Source: Sphagnum compactum (lineage: Eukaryota). Taken from it: DNA of 64,000 bases. This document shows positions 51,813 through 64,000 of this stretch, piece by piece (within the stretch, counting starts at the first letter, position 1; each line of letters opens with the position of its first letter). Under the pieces are notes generated by a model. It was not told the DNA's origin and searched no databases. It saw only the letters and a list, made by a program, of their open reading frames with translations. The translations under genes were made by a program, and so were the position numbers. Location of the stretch: NCBI GenBank assembly GCA_965153455.1, contig OZ234493.1:23984213-24048212 (forward strand), written 5' to 3'.

Positions 51813-52770
51813 TGGACTAGGTTCCTAGCATGGCACAATGACAAAAATGAAAGGAAAATATCCATCCATCCCTTCTCCATTTCATTCATTCATTCATTCA
51901 TTGCTTCCATCGTCCTTACTGATTACTTATTCCAAGTTGGTTTTTCCAGTCCTTTGCGTTGGCATCGACGTGGGCTGTTGTGTGCCTTAGACAAGTGGGT
52001 CCCCTCTTCCGCCCACCCCTATCGTTTCTGCATGGGTTGTTGCTGCTGCTTCCCACCACCAACCCTAAAACCCCCGCCCCGCCCCCCCAACCCCCCAGCT
52101 TCATTCTTCCTTTACTATATGTAATCTTGCCTTGGACATGATCCAGCACCCACATTGGTACCATGGTAAAAATCCCTAAACCCAATGTTTAGAGTAACCC
52201 GAGGGAGGCCGTCTCTGAGTTCAGATCTAACATTTTTTGGTCTCCGTATGGCCATTCCGAGGCCTCGCTCAAAAAGGTCAAGGTACTAACTTAGGTGCCC
52301 TGGCCATGCCCATCCATCGTCCCATCACAATTGTAGTGTAGAGCTAGCTGGAGGGCAAGGCCAGCGGCGTTACCCAAATAAGGGTGTGTGAGGTGAGAGC
52401 TGAATGCAAGCTTGATCTTGATAATGCTCCAGCAAGTGTAGGGTAAAACTGGAGGGCAAGGTGGTTTGGTTATTATTGAAATAAAAGGGTGTGTGAGGCG
52501 AGGCTCGAGAGCTGGGCACAATTAAGCTTGATTTTGATAATGGTCTCTCTCACTTGTGAGCTTTTGTGTGGTGTGAAAACGGATGTGACTCATGTGCCCC
52601 ATTGTTGGGCTTCACCTGTTGTAAAGCATGAACTGACCTAACCAACCTAAACCTATGTAGATCAAGCGATGTAGGAGGCGATCTTACATCTACTCCTTAC
52701 GAGTGGAAGAGAGGTTACACCGGGTCTCAACAAGTAGGCGGCATGATTTCCCTCTCACTCTTAAGGAATA

Positions 52771-53011
52771 AAGGCCCACTTTAGACGAAGGTCCAGGGTC
52801 CAATTTGGACTGATTTGAATCAAATTGAATCCTTGAATTGGATTGTACCTTGGTCCCTAGCCTGATTCTTGGTTCTCCGAAGCAAAGAGCTCTCCTTTTA
52901 GCACTAATTTTTTGGTCTCAACCACTTGATTTTCCCTCCAAAACAGGTGCCATGTAGGTTTTAGCCTCAACTTGCCACTTTTTGGTTTTGGACCCTCGTT
53001 TAAAAGGCCTT
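52771..53011. mobile_element. Tourist-like MITE (~240 bp)
   Basis: Imperfect TIRs aaggcccactttagacgaaggtcca and tggaccctcgtttaaaaggcctt. A second partial copy lies at 39419. Confidence 0.75.
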
Positions 53012-54989
53012 GGGATCAATTTAAAGCTTTTAACGAATAACATTGCTTGGACTCGCTGGTCCCTGGACGTTGGTTGGACCCTCGTCTTTTCTGGAAGGGA
53101 TATTCATGGATATAAGGTGCCCTACAATAACACTTACTAAATGTCTCCATGTGCTTCAAGACCCTACAGGGGACAAAGGGGCTTTCTAAATCCTTTTTAT
53201 GAGTAATGAAGAAGAAGCAGAAGAAGAAAGCTTCATGGGGTGCATCCATCAACTTCATCCATCATCTCTGAAGTTGAGCACTAAAGTTGATATGTGCAAT
53301 TAACTTATTGGGCAACAAAGTAGACTTTTTTTTATAAAAGTTGGATGCTTTGCAGATAGCCAAATATGTTTGAATTTGGGTTTTCTATTCCTCTTCTTCT
53401 TCTTCTTCTTCTTCTGTAGGGGAGAATAATATGATAATTTTCTGCCAGTAACTTTATGACCAATGTGGAGGAAATCTTTGCCTATTTTAGGTGAAAAGGG
53501 TGCATTCAGAAATCACATACAAAGCTGATGTGGTAGATACAACATCACACAAAGTAAATTGAAATGATTTCTCTACATGAAAAGCACCTTGTGCACAACA
53601 CACCTTGTGCAATTTTGCACACATGCAAATGGAAATTGTATGCACGGTTGCGTAGCCAGAGATGAGATGCTAGGCTGGTGCTCATTTGATATGAAAAAAA
53701 AACATTTTAAAAAGAATCATCCACCATCATATTTTGAATGTGTTAAACATTCAAAAGGACTCTCGAAACATCATTGATTTTGACTCAATTTCTTATTGAA
53801 ACTTTAAACTTGAAACATATTGAAACTTTGCAATTAATGGATGCTACTCCAAAAAATAAAGACTTAACAATCCAAATTATTGTGTTCTCTTTATGATTTT
53901 TCAAAATTTTAAGAAAATATTATAATTTTGACCATTGTCCGCACCCCTTAGTGGCTCCTTTTACTATGTTCACACCCATATATGACTATCCATCTATCAA
54001 GGAGGGTAATTTGTTTGTTTTGTCATGTTAAGATTTCTCAAACCACAACAGTCCTTACTATGCTTTTGGTACTATTGGAAAGTTCTTGATGAGTAGGGGT
54101 GCACAAAGGTCTTTTTGTAAACATTTAGACTTATAATGCAAGGATTATTGAATTTTGAATCTTTTTTTAATGAAAATTAAGGGAAAATTAAAAATGGAAA
54201 TTTTAATGGACATTTAAGGTTAGGTTGAAAGTGTACCATTCAAACTTTCAAAATATATATTACAATGTGTTCAACGGCATTGACGTAGGTCAAATTAGTG
54301 GTATTGGTATTCCATTTTTTCACATTCATATTGGGGGCATGTTAACATCAATACGATATCTGAACTTGAATCATACAATTTCTAAAACATCATTAAGTAA
54401 GGATGCACATGTAATACAACCATCCAACCAGTAGTGAAACATTGCAAATAGTGAAAGGCACTTTGCCTAAATTGCAATTTATAGCCTTGCAAATAGCAAA
54501 ATGGATGTTGAACATCCTCAACAATTAAACACAAAGTTTAAGGCCCCAACAATATTTATGCACACACATAATTGTTATTGTGGGTATGGTAAAATATTGC
54601 ATGTTTTTTTTCCATGATTGCCTCTTTGATCTTCCATATGTCTTTGGTGGTGCTTAGACACATCTTCATAGTGCATCATTACCCATACACACTTTGGGTC
54701 TTGTTATGCATGTTTTAGGCATGTAATGGACACTATGTGCAAGCCCAAATTGTGCATAACACAGGTCCAAACTATCTTTGGGCATCATTCATCTTTTTTC
54801 AACAAAATGGATAAGGCTAAACAACGAAAAAAAAGAAGCAAACTGGATACTCTTGTACTATATACAATAAGAACTATGTTCACATGTATAACATTGGGGA
54901 GACTAAAATATTAGTTGTAACTATAAACTATGAATGAACAACATAATATGTCCACACAAAGTCTAAGAAACTATAATCTAGAAATTGAG

Positions 54990-56335
54990 TAGTTTGAATG
55001 TTGCCAATGAAGTTGAACCTTCATAAATAGGTGGTCCTTCATGTGGAAGTTTTCCCTATAAGATTGTCAATCAATGAGGCTTTTGTGCTTCTTGAACATT
55101 CCCAACCTTCAAACATGAAATTAAAGTGTTTGTAAGAAATGAAAACAATCTTCAAATTTGAAATGCAATTGTAAGCCTTGAGTTAACCTTGGTAGGATAC
55201 TCTCTTTTGAATTGGAAAATTACATTAGTAAAAAAACATAAGTTTTAACTTATTGGTTGTTAAGTAGAAATTATTATTCAATTTATTTAATAATAAGATT
55301 GTGTTTATTCTCAAAATTGGAATATAATTAATATAAATTATGCATTAATCCCAAGTTTTAGGAAAGTTATAACATATTTACGAGGCACCTTGCCGTAACT
55401 TACACATTACGTATTGTTATATTTGGATTATGTTTTTGCTCCATGGTTATTTAACTAATATATGTGAACATGTGGACATATTGTGAACCCTTCATCACTC
55501 CCTATGATTGCAACTAATTTAACTAGAAATTGAAATACCAAAAATCAATGCAAATATGAAATTCATATTAAATGTGTAATGGTTTAAATATGTGGACATT
55601 AAAAACTTAAATGATAATAGGGTGGGGAAATTTTGAATTCCCTCACATAATACCCCCAAACAATACCCTCTTTGACTTAAATAATGTCAAATTTTAACAC
55701 AAAGTGCCCCTTCAAGGAATTAGCAAAATGTGTGCATACAAAATCTAAATAATTATAATTTACAATTTGAGTAATATGAGTTTTGTCAATGAAGTTAAGT
55801 TTTGATAAATAGTTGGTCCTTCATGGAACTTGTCACCTTGAGACCATAGAATACTGAGCCTCTTGTGTTTGCTAAACATTCCTAGCATTAGAACATGAAA
55901 ATGCTAACAATATATAAGAGAAAATACAATATGATATATAAATTACAATTATAAGCTTTGAATAGATAAAATGTGTGAAAACAAAGTCAAAACATTTACA
56001 ATCTACATAATTTGAGTGTTGTCAATGGAGTTGAACCTTTCATGAAAGTTGTCACCCTAAGAATGTGCCCCAATGAACAACTTGTGCTTGTTAAACATTC
56101 CTAACCTTGAAACATGAAATTGATGATAAGAGATGAAAGCAAATGAAATTTAAAATCAAGAGTGCATTTGTAAATCATTAATTAATGAAATGTGTGCTCT
56201 CAAATGTTTAAATAACTTCAATTTAAATAGTTGAAATGCTACTAATGAACTTGAACTTTGATAAATAAATTGGTCCTTCACGAGAATTGTCACCTCGACA
56301 TTATGGACTAGCGAGCCTCTTATGTTAACCATCTT
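54990..56335. repeat. Four interspersed copies of a ~110-130-bp degenerate unit
   Basis: tgtcaatgaagttgaac...tggtccttcatg...tgtcacc...ttgtg.ttg.taaacattcc.a.c.t..aacatgaaa at ~54990, 55779, 56014 and 56230. Confidence 0.7.
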
Positions 56336-57339
56336 GAGAGTAGCCAACCTCCCTAATTCATTTTCATGTCCATCCAATAATTTGGCTATTGTAATAATAA
56401 AATTCCAATAATAAAATATAAACCATTATCAAGCAAAACTTGAACCTTAGTTACAATTGGGTTAATATGAAGCTTTAATTGCCTTCAACTTATCTTTTTA
56501 TGAGTCTTCACATTGAGATTGTGTTTGTTTTATGTCAAGTTCAAGCACAAAAAAAATCCTAAAGCTTTGAAAGGTAAAAGGTTGAAATATATTGCTAGAA
56601 CTAATTATAATTGGGTATTGCAAGGTGCTCATTATAGATTCTTGGAAGTCAAATGATGATTCAAGGGGGGTTGGGTGTTATGTAAAATTAAATTTATGGG
56701 TTTTTAGGGATGATGTAAGGTACTAGATGTACTTAGCAATTACAAGGTGAACCATGCCTCCCTTCCTAGTTTGAAAAAGGACAAATTTTCAAAACAATTT
56801 TCAACCAAAGTGTGGACAATGGCTTATAAACCCATGCAAGCCCTCAACATGCACACCACCATGAAAACAACACATATAAACCACATGTAGCTTAATTGTC
56901 AAGCCTAAATGCACACATTATGATAACACCCACTATAATATGACAATCAACACAACAATTATTATATTCATAAATATTATACAAACAATTGAACTATGGA
57001 ATAAATGTAGAGATGAAATCTACATACCAACAAATAGATTAGATGGTAATTAAGTGCCACAAAAATATGAGACCATACATGGACCATAGGATTTAGTTTG
57101 ACACACGATCAAATTATGATAAAAGAAAAAAATTGTCATTGGGAAAAAGAAAACAATACACACAACAAGGAAAGTTTTAAAAGAAATCTATTTAACAATT
57201 GATGAAGTATACATAAGAGAAAAGGTTTTATACGTAAGACATGAATAGGCATATTCTTTCAAATAAAATTAAGAATGTCTCTAGATTTAATTAAAGAGCC
57301 ATAACCTAAACCAAGTATTGTTAACACCATGTGCCAACA

Positions 57340-59700
57340 CTCCCCTTTAAACAAATCTATGGAGTTGACAAAGAAATTAATATATCACTTCCCCTTTAGC
57401 TATAAATGTGATAAAGGGACTCCCATAGCTTGAAAGCAAAGTACATGTTGGGCTTGGGCACAACTTTGATAAGAATACCAACCCACACAGTTTTAGTTGA
57501 CATAAAATGAAATTTGAATTCTCTAAATCAACATCTTTCGGCGAGAAGTGGAATTGTAATTCAATGTCTTTGATCTATTATGAAAACAAACATTTTGAGT
57601 GAGTTTAATGCATGATTGATTATCACAATGAAGACACATCAAACCATCTTAAAAAAACCCAAATCCTTGAGTAATTGTCACAACCATAGGGCTTCCTTGG
57701 TTGCAATAATGGCATCAATGTATTTGGATTTAATGGAGGAAATGACCACATTAGGTTCCTTACCGACTTTGTTATGAAATGGCACTTATCCTCCAATAAG
57801 GAAAACATGATCATATATAGACCACCAAAAGTCAACTCACCCACCTTGCAATCCCAACCTAAGTTGAATTTGTCTAGCCTTAAAGAAACAAAGACTAAGA
57901 TGTGATGGTTGCAAATATAATAAAAGGAGCAATAGGCCAATGTGTACGTAATGCTTAAAATTATAATTTTGCATCTTTAAACAATCATATGTGGGGGAAC
58001 ATAATAAATTTTGGAATATGGTCTGTTCTTTGCAAAGTTTCAATGTTCGAAATTTGACGCAAATTGATGATGTTTCAAAAGTCCTTTTCAAGGTAGTTCA
58101 AGGTAGTTATGGATAATGTTTTTTTCTCAAACATTTTTTCATACCAAAGGTGCACCATTCCTTTTCAAAATTGAAAATGATATTAATATTGATGATTAGA
58201 AAAAAATCAATTGAAATTGGTGAATTTTGTTTTTAAGCACATTTTCAAGTGCATTTGATTCAAACGTGTTTTTGGTTTTCAAAATTATTAAATTTCATAA
58301 TGTGTTTTTAACAAAAGTTATTCACTTTTATGTGGTATAAAACATGAATTCAAAATATAAATGATACAAGACCAATATGTAATAAAAAAACATTTATATT
58401 TTACACACTTTGGTACATTAAGTATGAAAAATGCAAAAAAAAGGGGAAGAAAAGAACACATGAATGCCACATGTCAAAATGACTTTGACCTTGGCTACTT
58501 TTAGTGTGTTTTCACCTTGATGGATAATGCATAATATTGAATACCCATGTGTTTGGTTGCTTGAAGGTAGTGTGCAAAATGCGCTTTACAATAGAATAAT
58601 GCACCAACCTAGATTGGCCATAAATTAGGTCAAATTGCTAGAAAAGTAAAGTTTCACCTAGTACAAGTGGCAAGATACATTAAACTACCAATTGCATTAG
58701 CAAAGGGAACTAAAGCCATGTTGAATTATTCAACATATGTAAAGGACATCATGTCCTTGGTATAATGAATTCTTGCTAAAAGAGGAGTGGCAATTGGTTT
58801 ACAAGTCTCCATGTGGAACTAGTGCAATTTTTAAAAAATATATTCTTCTTGAGAAAGAAAAAGTATTTTCCAAGTTTGACCATGTTCAAAAGTTGAATAC
58901 TTAAACATATTCAATGTTGTCATTGTTTCACATGGCAAAGCTTTTTGCCAAAAAACTTTTAAAAACATTGACGTGATCATCAACATATATTCCAATGACC
59001 CAAAAAAAAAAGTTTTCATGTAATTAATATAAAGATTTGTGTTAGAGGAACACCAAATATACCCAATATGCAAAAGATGAGCATTGAAATAGTCATATCA
59101 CACACAAGGTGCTTGCTTGAGCCCATAAAGAGACTTGAACAAGTGGCATACCTTAAGTTCTTTGCTTGGTGAAACATTGCCTTTTGGTTGTTCAAAAAAA
59201 ATCTTTTCTTTTAAATGGCCATGTAAGAATGCAATAGTAATGTCAAATTTAATAAATATAGTGGGCTCCATAAATGGCAACAATGGAGATGAGCACATGA
59301 AGAGATGTCATCTTGACAACCAAGGATAAAGTTTCCTTATAGTCAATGAACAATTGATGTCAAGTTTTTTATGTGAAACCTATGTCACCGACTATGCCTT
59401 GTAATATGAAAATAATGCGATTTTCATTTGTATCTATGCTAGAAACCCATTTAGAACTCACCATGGAGTTCGGACAATGAAAAGGTCAATCCAACAGAAT
59501 CCCAGTTGTATTTTCCATCATAAAACTGTATTCTATGTCAAGGGTTGTTCTCTAATGTGATGCATTAGGATCTTCAAAAGTTTCATCTAAGGAAAATGGT
59601 TCAACAACATGAACCATAGATGCATACATAAAATGGTTTTGATCATGATGTTTTTGAGATTATTAAACACCTTCAATGGTCTATTAGAAAGTTTAGTAAT
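57340..59700 (-). mobile_element. Degenerate Ty1/Copia retrotransposon remnant (RT-RNaseH, PPT)
   Basis: FDITIAFLHGHLKEKIFFEQPKG..KVCHLFKSLYGLKQAP (59298-59098) is the copia RT signature. CDN and KDIELQFHF RNaseH-like pieces near 57680 and 57560. Minus-strand aaaggggag PPT followed by tgttgg at 57339. Confidence 0.85.
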
Positions 59701-62700
59701 TTACATGGATTTTGGAGATGCGGCAAGCTCTATGAACTCTGAGGTTAAAAAGAGACATTCAAAACTTTAGGTTGGTGACAAAGAATAGATATTGCCTTAT
59801 GGCTAGCTAATGATTGGGCAAATAGGTGGAAGGGAAATGGTGGTGTTTGTGTAGGAGAAATGTGCATGGGACATGAGTCTTGAAAATGTGTAGGAACCAT
59901 TGGAATTGTTAATAATGGATTTCAATTATTGGAAGGAATAAGATTTGGTTGATGAGGAGAAGGTGTTTGAGGTGTTGGTTGACTTGTAACTAAAGGCATG
60001 ACCCCCTCCCCCCCCCCCCCCCCCCCCCATCTCCATGAATTCCAACAATTTCATTATAAGGGTATTTGTTAATGGGCAAGTTTTGAACCTAGTTTTCTAG
60101 TTTAGTTAGTCTAGAGGGTAGGTAGAGTAACTTAGTGCTCTCTAGTTATTAAACGGTGAAGCTAACAAAATAGCTAAATTCTAGAAAGGGGATTGTATAG
60201 TGATCTTTTTCTTAGTGGCAACCTTTTGGCAATCGTAAATTAAAGAAAAAACTTTAGGAATATGCATGGCAACTTTTTGTACTTCACAATGCACTTTAAG
60301 TCAAATTTTACCTTGATCCAATGGTCAAATTAAAAGGATTGGGTACATTCAATGTACACATGATATATAATGTGCAATATTTTTATGGCTATAGGGTGTC
60401 ATGTGGGTGACATGTTCCATTAACAAGGGGAAAAAAATGCAAAAACAAAAGATCCCCAATTCAAGTTGTATTTCTCTTTTCATCATCAAAGTTTTTTTAA
60501 TGAAAATAATAATAAATTTTCATGGCTTTTGAACATTAAAAAATCACATCTAGTATCAAAGTGTTCTAGTAATTGTAACAACTTTCCCAAAGTTTGGTGG
60601 GTTTCCTATTCTTATATCATTGTCATTCTTCACCTAAAATTTCATTGAAAATGTCATCTATAGGTTCCTCACTTTGACATGTATTTTTTTTTCATACTTT
60701 TGTGATAGGTATTAATTTGGTCCAAATATATTCACCGCATACCAAAAAAAAAAAAAAAAAAAAAAAACCTTTTTGGAAGTTTTTTGAAAAATTAATTAAA
60801 TGAAGTTCCAAAAATTTCAAATACACCCAATTTAGTTCACAATATTGCTATCAAGCTTGAAATACATATCTTGTCAAATTTTTGAAATCCAAAAACTATT
60901 CTAATGGGCTTCCACTTGTCATGACCACAATAGTGTCCATGTTTGCCAAACGGAAGAAAGATGATGCCCTTAATCCGCATGAAATAGTGATGTCTTACAT
61001 TATTGCCTTCATACAATTCTAGTATTAACATCATGGGGTCATACCTTCTTCCAACCTATTACAAAATTCTTTCAATTGGAGTGATGATGAGGACCTAGAA
61101 TGTGGTATGGCACTTGAATTTGCTACTCCAACATTATAGTTGAATTGCAACCTAGCCCCTATGTTCAAACCTAGTAGTTTGAGGCAACATAGTGGCCCAA
61201 TAGCGTAGGGCAAGGGCAATAAGGCATCCTTTTCATCCTTTGGATCACAAGGACACAATCAACATCATAAGGGAAATATTTTTAAGGACAAACAATAGCT
61301 ATTGTAGTCTTATTGTAATTATTGTAATAAGAGGATTTATGAAGATAAGGTAAAGTTGACTTTGACTACTTACCTTTTAATTAATTTGGAAGGATTATTG
61401 TAGTGATTCAAGGATAGGGGTGAAGGAAAAAAAAAGATTTAGCTAAGGGCAACTACCATTTATAAATAATCACTAATTAGTGGGATAGTGGTTGGCTACC
61501 TACGGTGCGAAAGAATAGGAATGAAAGGGGGGTGAAGTGTGCGTGTGTGAAAGGTGTAAGAGGGAAGAGTTGAGTGTGTGGAGAATTACAAGACTCTAGC
61601 CAAAATGGGCTTGTAGGATCTAAAAGAAATATGATGTACTTAGAGCTGTATCATGTTTCAATGAATGAATCTTTGGGGTTTAGTGCATTAAAACTTGATA
61701 CCCTTACTATAATCTTTTTTTTTGGTATGCTTTGTTCATCTTTTCCCTTATAATATAGTAGATTAAATTTTTGTTTCCTTAAGTTCCTTTAATTGACTTC
61801 TTTTTTGCAAACATTAGTTACAATAGCTAGTTAAGTAGGTACAAGTTTGCAACCACCAACCTATACTATATGTTGGACTTAAAGTTAAATTTCTCATTTG
61901 TAAATCTTAATAGAATGACAAACTTGAGGACAATTTTATTAGGTCTCAAGAAAGAGAAAATTTCAAAACCATGTGGCACCTAGGCTAATTTAGCTTTTAG
62001 GGTTGAGCTTTTTTGATTGGCTCATCCCAAATGGCATTTTCAAAAAATCTTTTTTATTTTTGGGATCCTTATAATGCACCCTCTTATGCTGCTTACATTT
62101 GTTTGAACATTTGTTTGAAAATATGACAAACAATATGGATAACTTTTTGAGAAGGATAAACATTCGGTACCCCATACAACACTAGAATCTTTTATCTCAT
62201 ACTTTTGTTCCTAGGTAGTTAAGTAGGTAAACTAATTTAACAAGTAGATAATTAAGAGACATATGCCTTAATTAGGTAGGTAGGTAAGTGAAGTAGATAT
62301 AAGTATACTAATATACCTATATTAGTCAACATTAGAACTGGTATTTAATTACTTAGTAACTTGGAATATACCATGTACCCCGAACTAAGTAATTTTTTGA
62401 AGTTGTAAAAACCTCTTCTCCCAAAAGGAATTGGATAGCTTGTTATATTGCAACATGTTGTGAATAGATTCCATCAAAATGCAAGTTTTCTATTAAAAAC
62501 CCCCATGTGTTCTGAGGGAGTAAACAAAGTGAAAAATTGACATTGGATGCCATGTTCATTGTATAATTTGTTGGATTCTAAAAAATTGTATTCACCACCA
62601 TTAATCAAAACAAAGGATTTTGATTTTTCTACCAATTTGATTCTCATTAAATGTTTTATAAATTTGAAAAGTTGAATTTGCTAAATTGGGGACATGGACA

Positions 62701-64000
62701 CATCATCAACTAATATTGCTTTTCCCATGATTAAATGTATGAAAATTGATCCAATCTTAAAAGCTTGTTGTTGTCCATCATCTACTACAAAGATTATTTG
62801 AGGTTATGGCATTGTTTTGTTATGGGTGTAAAATTTTCTTTGAGGAGTCATATGTTGTGTGGCTCTAGAATCAACAATATACCAAGGATCATAAAAATTC
62901 AAACGTGACTCAAAAGTGACTAACAAAACAACTTGTATTTTTGCATTAGTTTGTGGCTTTGGAGAATTATGTATAGGAAGGTAGGCAATTTATATTTTCC
63001 AATGGCTTGATTTTTAACTCTTTCTTTATAATTGGACGCAATATGTGATGGTTTGTCATAATAATAACATTATATTTCTAAATTGTTTATTGTCTTTGAT
63101 TGTTTAGAAGATGACTTTTGGTTAGTTGATTGTGATTGCAATATTTTGTATTATGATTTTTTTTGTCAAAATAGTTACTTGTTGGAAAGAAATGCAATTG
63201 ATTTTTCATTTCCAACTTTTGATTTTAAAATTGAATCTTCTTGCCTCATATTGAACATAATAGTTTGTAGATTTAAATTTGGTATACTCGCTTGAATTGG
63301 GACAAAACCATGCCATGAAGAAGGAAAATATGAAAGGAGTAATGAAACCTCTTTTTTTAATAGTAATATTTAATCCTAACGTGGTAGACTCTTTAAGAGT
63401 GTTTTGTCACTCTTTAAGAAAATCAGTCATGGACTTTCAAAGTAATTTTGACAATGTGAGATGAGTCAAATTTTTGTGAAAATAAACTTGTGATGTAGGA
63501 ATAGAAAGTTCATAAGTCTCTTTAAGCCTATCCCAAAGTTCTTTGGATGATTTGAGAGATTTCAACATAAGTAATTAAAGAAAATTCAATCAACATAAAT
63601 TTTTTTTCCACAATGAAGAAGGTTATTAACATGTGTTTAAAAATCTTTTGATATTCATTTTGTTAATTTATAAGTTCAAATGTGCTAGGATTAGGTTAGC
63701 TACCATCAACTACTCCCCATTGTTCCATTCTATCGAGAAACTTTTCCATCTTATATTCCATGTCGCACTGTTTGTGCTAAAAACAAATCTATTTGATAGT
63801 TTCAAACAAAAAAAGAAACTATGATGTGTTTTTTTGTTGTTGGACAAAACTTATTCATAATTTCATTTCCTTTGAAATAATAAGAACAAAAATAATTTGA
63901 TTCTAAGATTCATAACATATTGTACCAATGTTATGCATGTAAATGTTTTAGGACTTACACTTTGTTTAACTATAAATCCCATAATGAAATTGATTTACAC

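Overview
AT-rich, intron-containing land-plant DNA. The repeat landscape resembles a moss, possibly Sphagnum (inference, not verified). There are five supportable protein genes: a multi-exon JASON-like gene with a predicted lipidated N-terminus (+), a small DnaJ-like zinc-finger gene (-) set head-to-head with a TMEM45/DUF716 gene (+), a five-exon GDSL lipase (+) and a Dof transcription factor (-). The rest is mostly nested transposon material: a CACTA element with a perfect TSD inside a larger TIR element, a 6-kb hAT element with an 8-bp TSD inside a MITE whose uninterrupted sister copy is also in the window, several MITEs, a solo-LTR-like segment, and decayed Gypsy, Copia and LINE fragments. 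The most unusual signals are (i) a 37-bp array built from the Dof stop-codon region, with candidate introns further downstream, (ii) scattered minus-strand exon-like pieces at about 25-38 kb resembling a decayed dynein heavy-chain gene, (iii) an inactivated duplicate of a splice acceptor plus exon start inside the TMEM45 intron, and (iv) a ~70-bp-arm hairpin inside the CACTA element. No rRNA, tRNA or CRISPR array was recognised, and I cannot claim a new biological system. All family assignments come from motif recognition by eye and need database confirmation.
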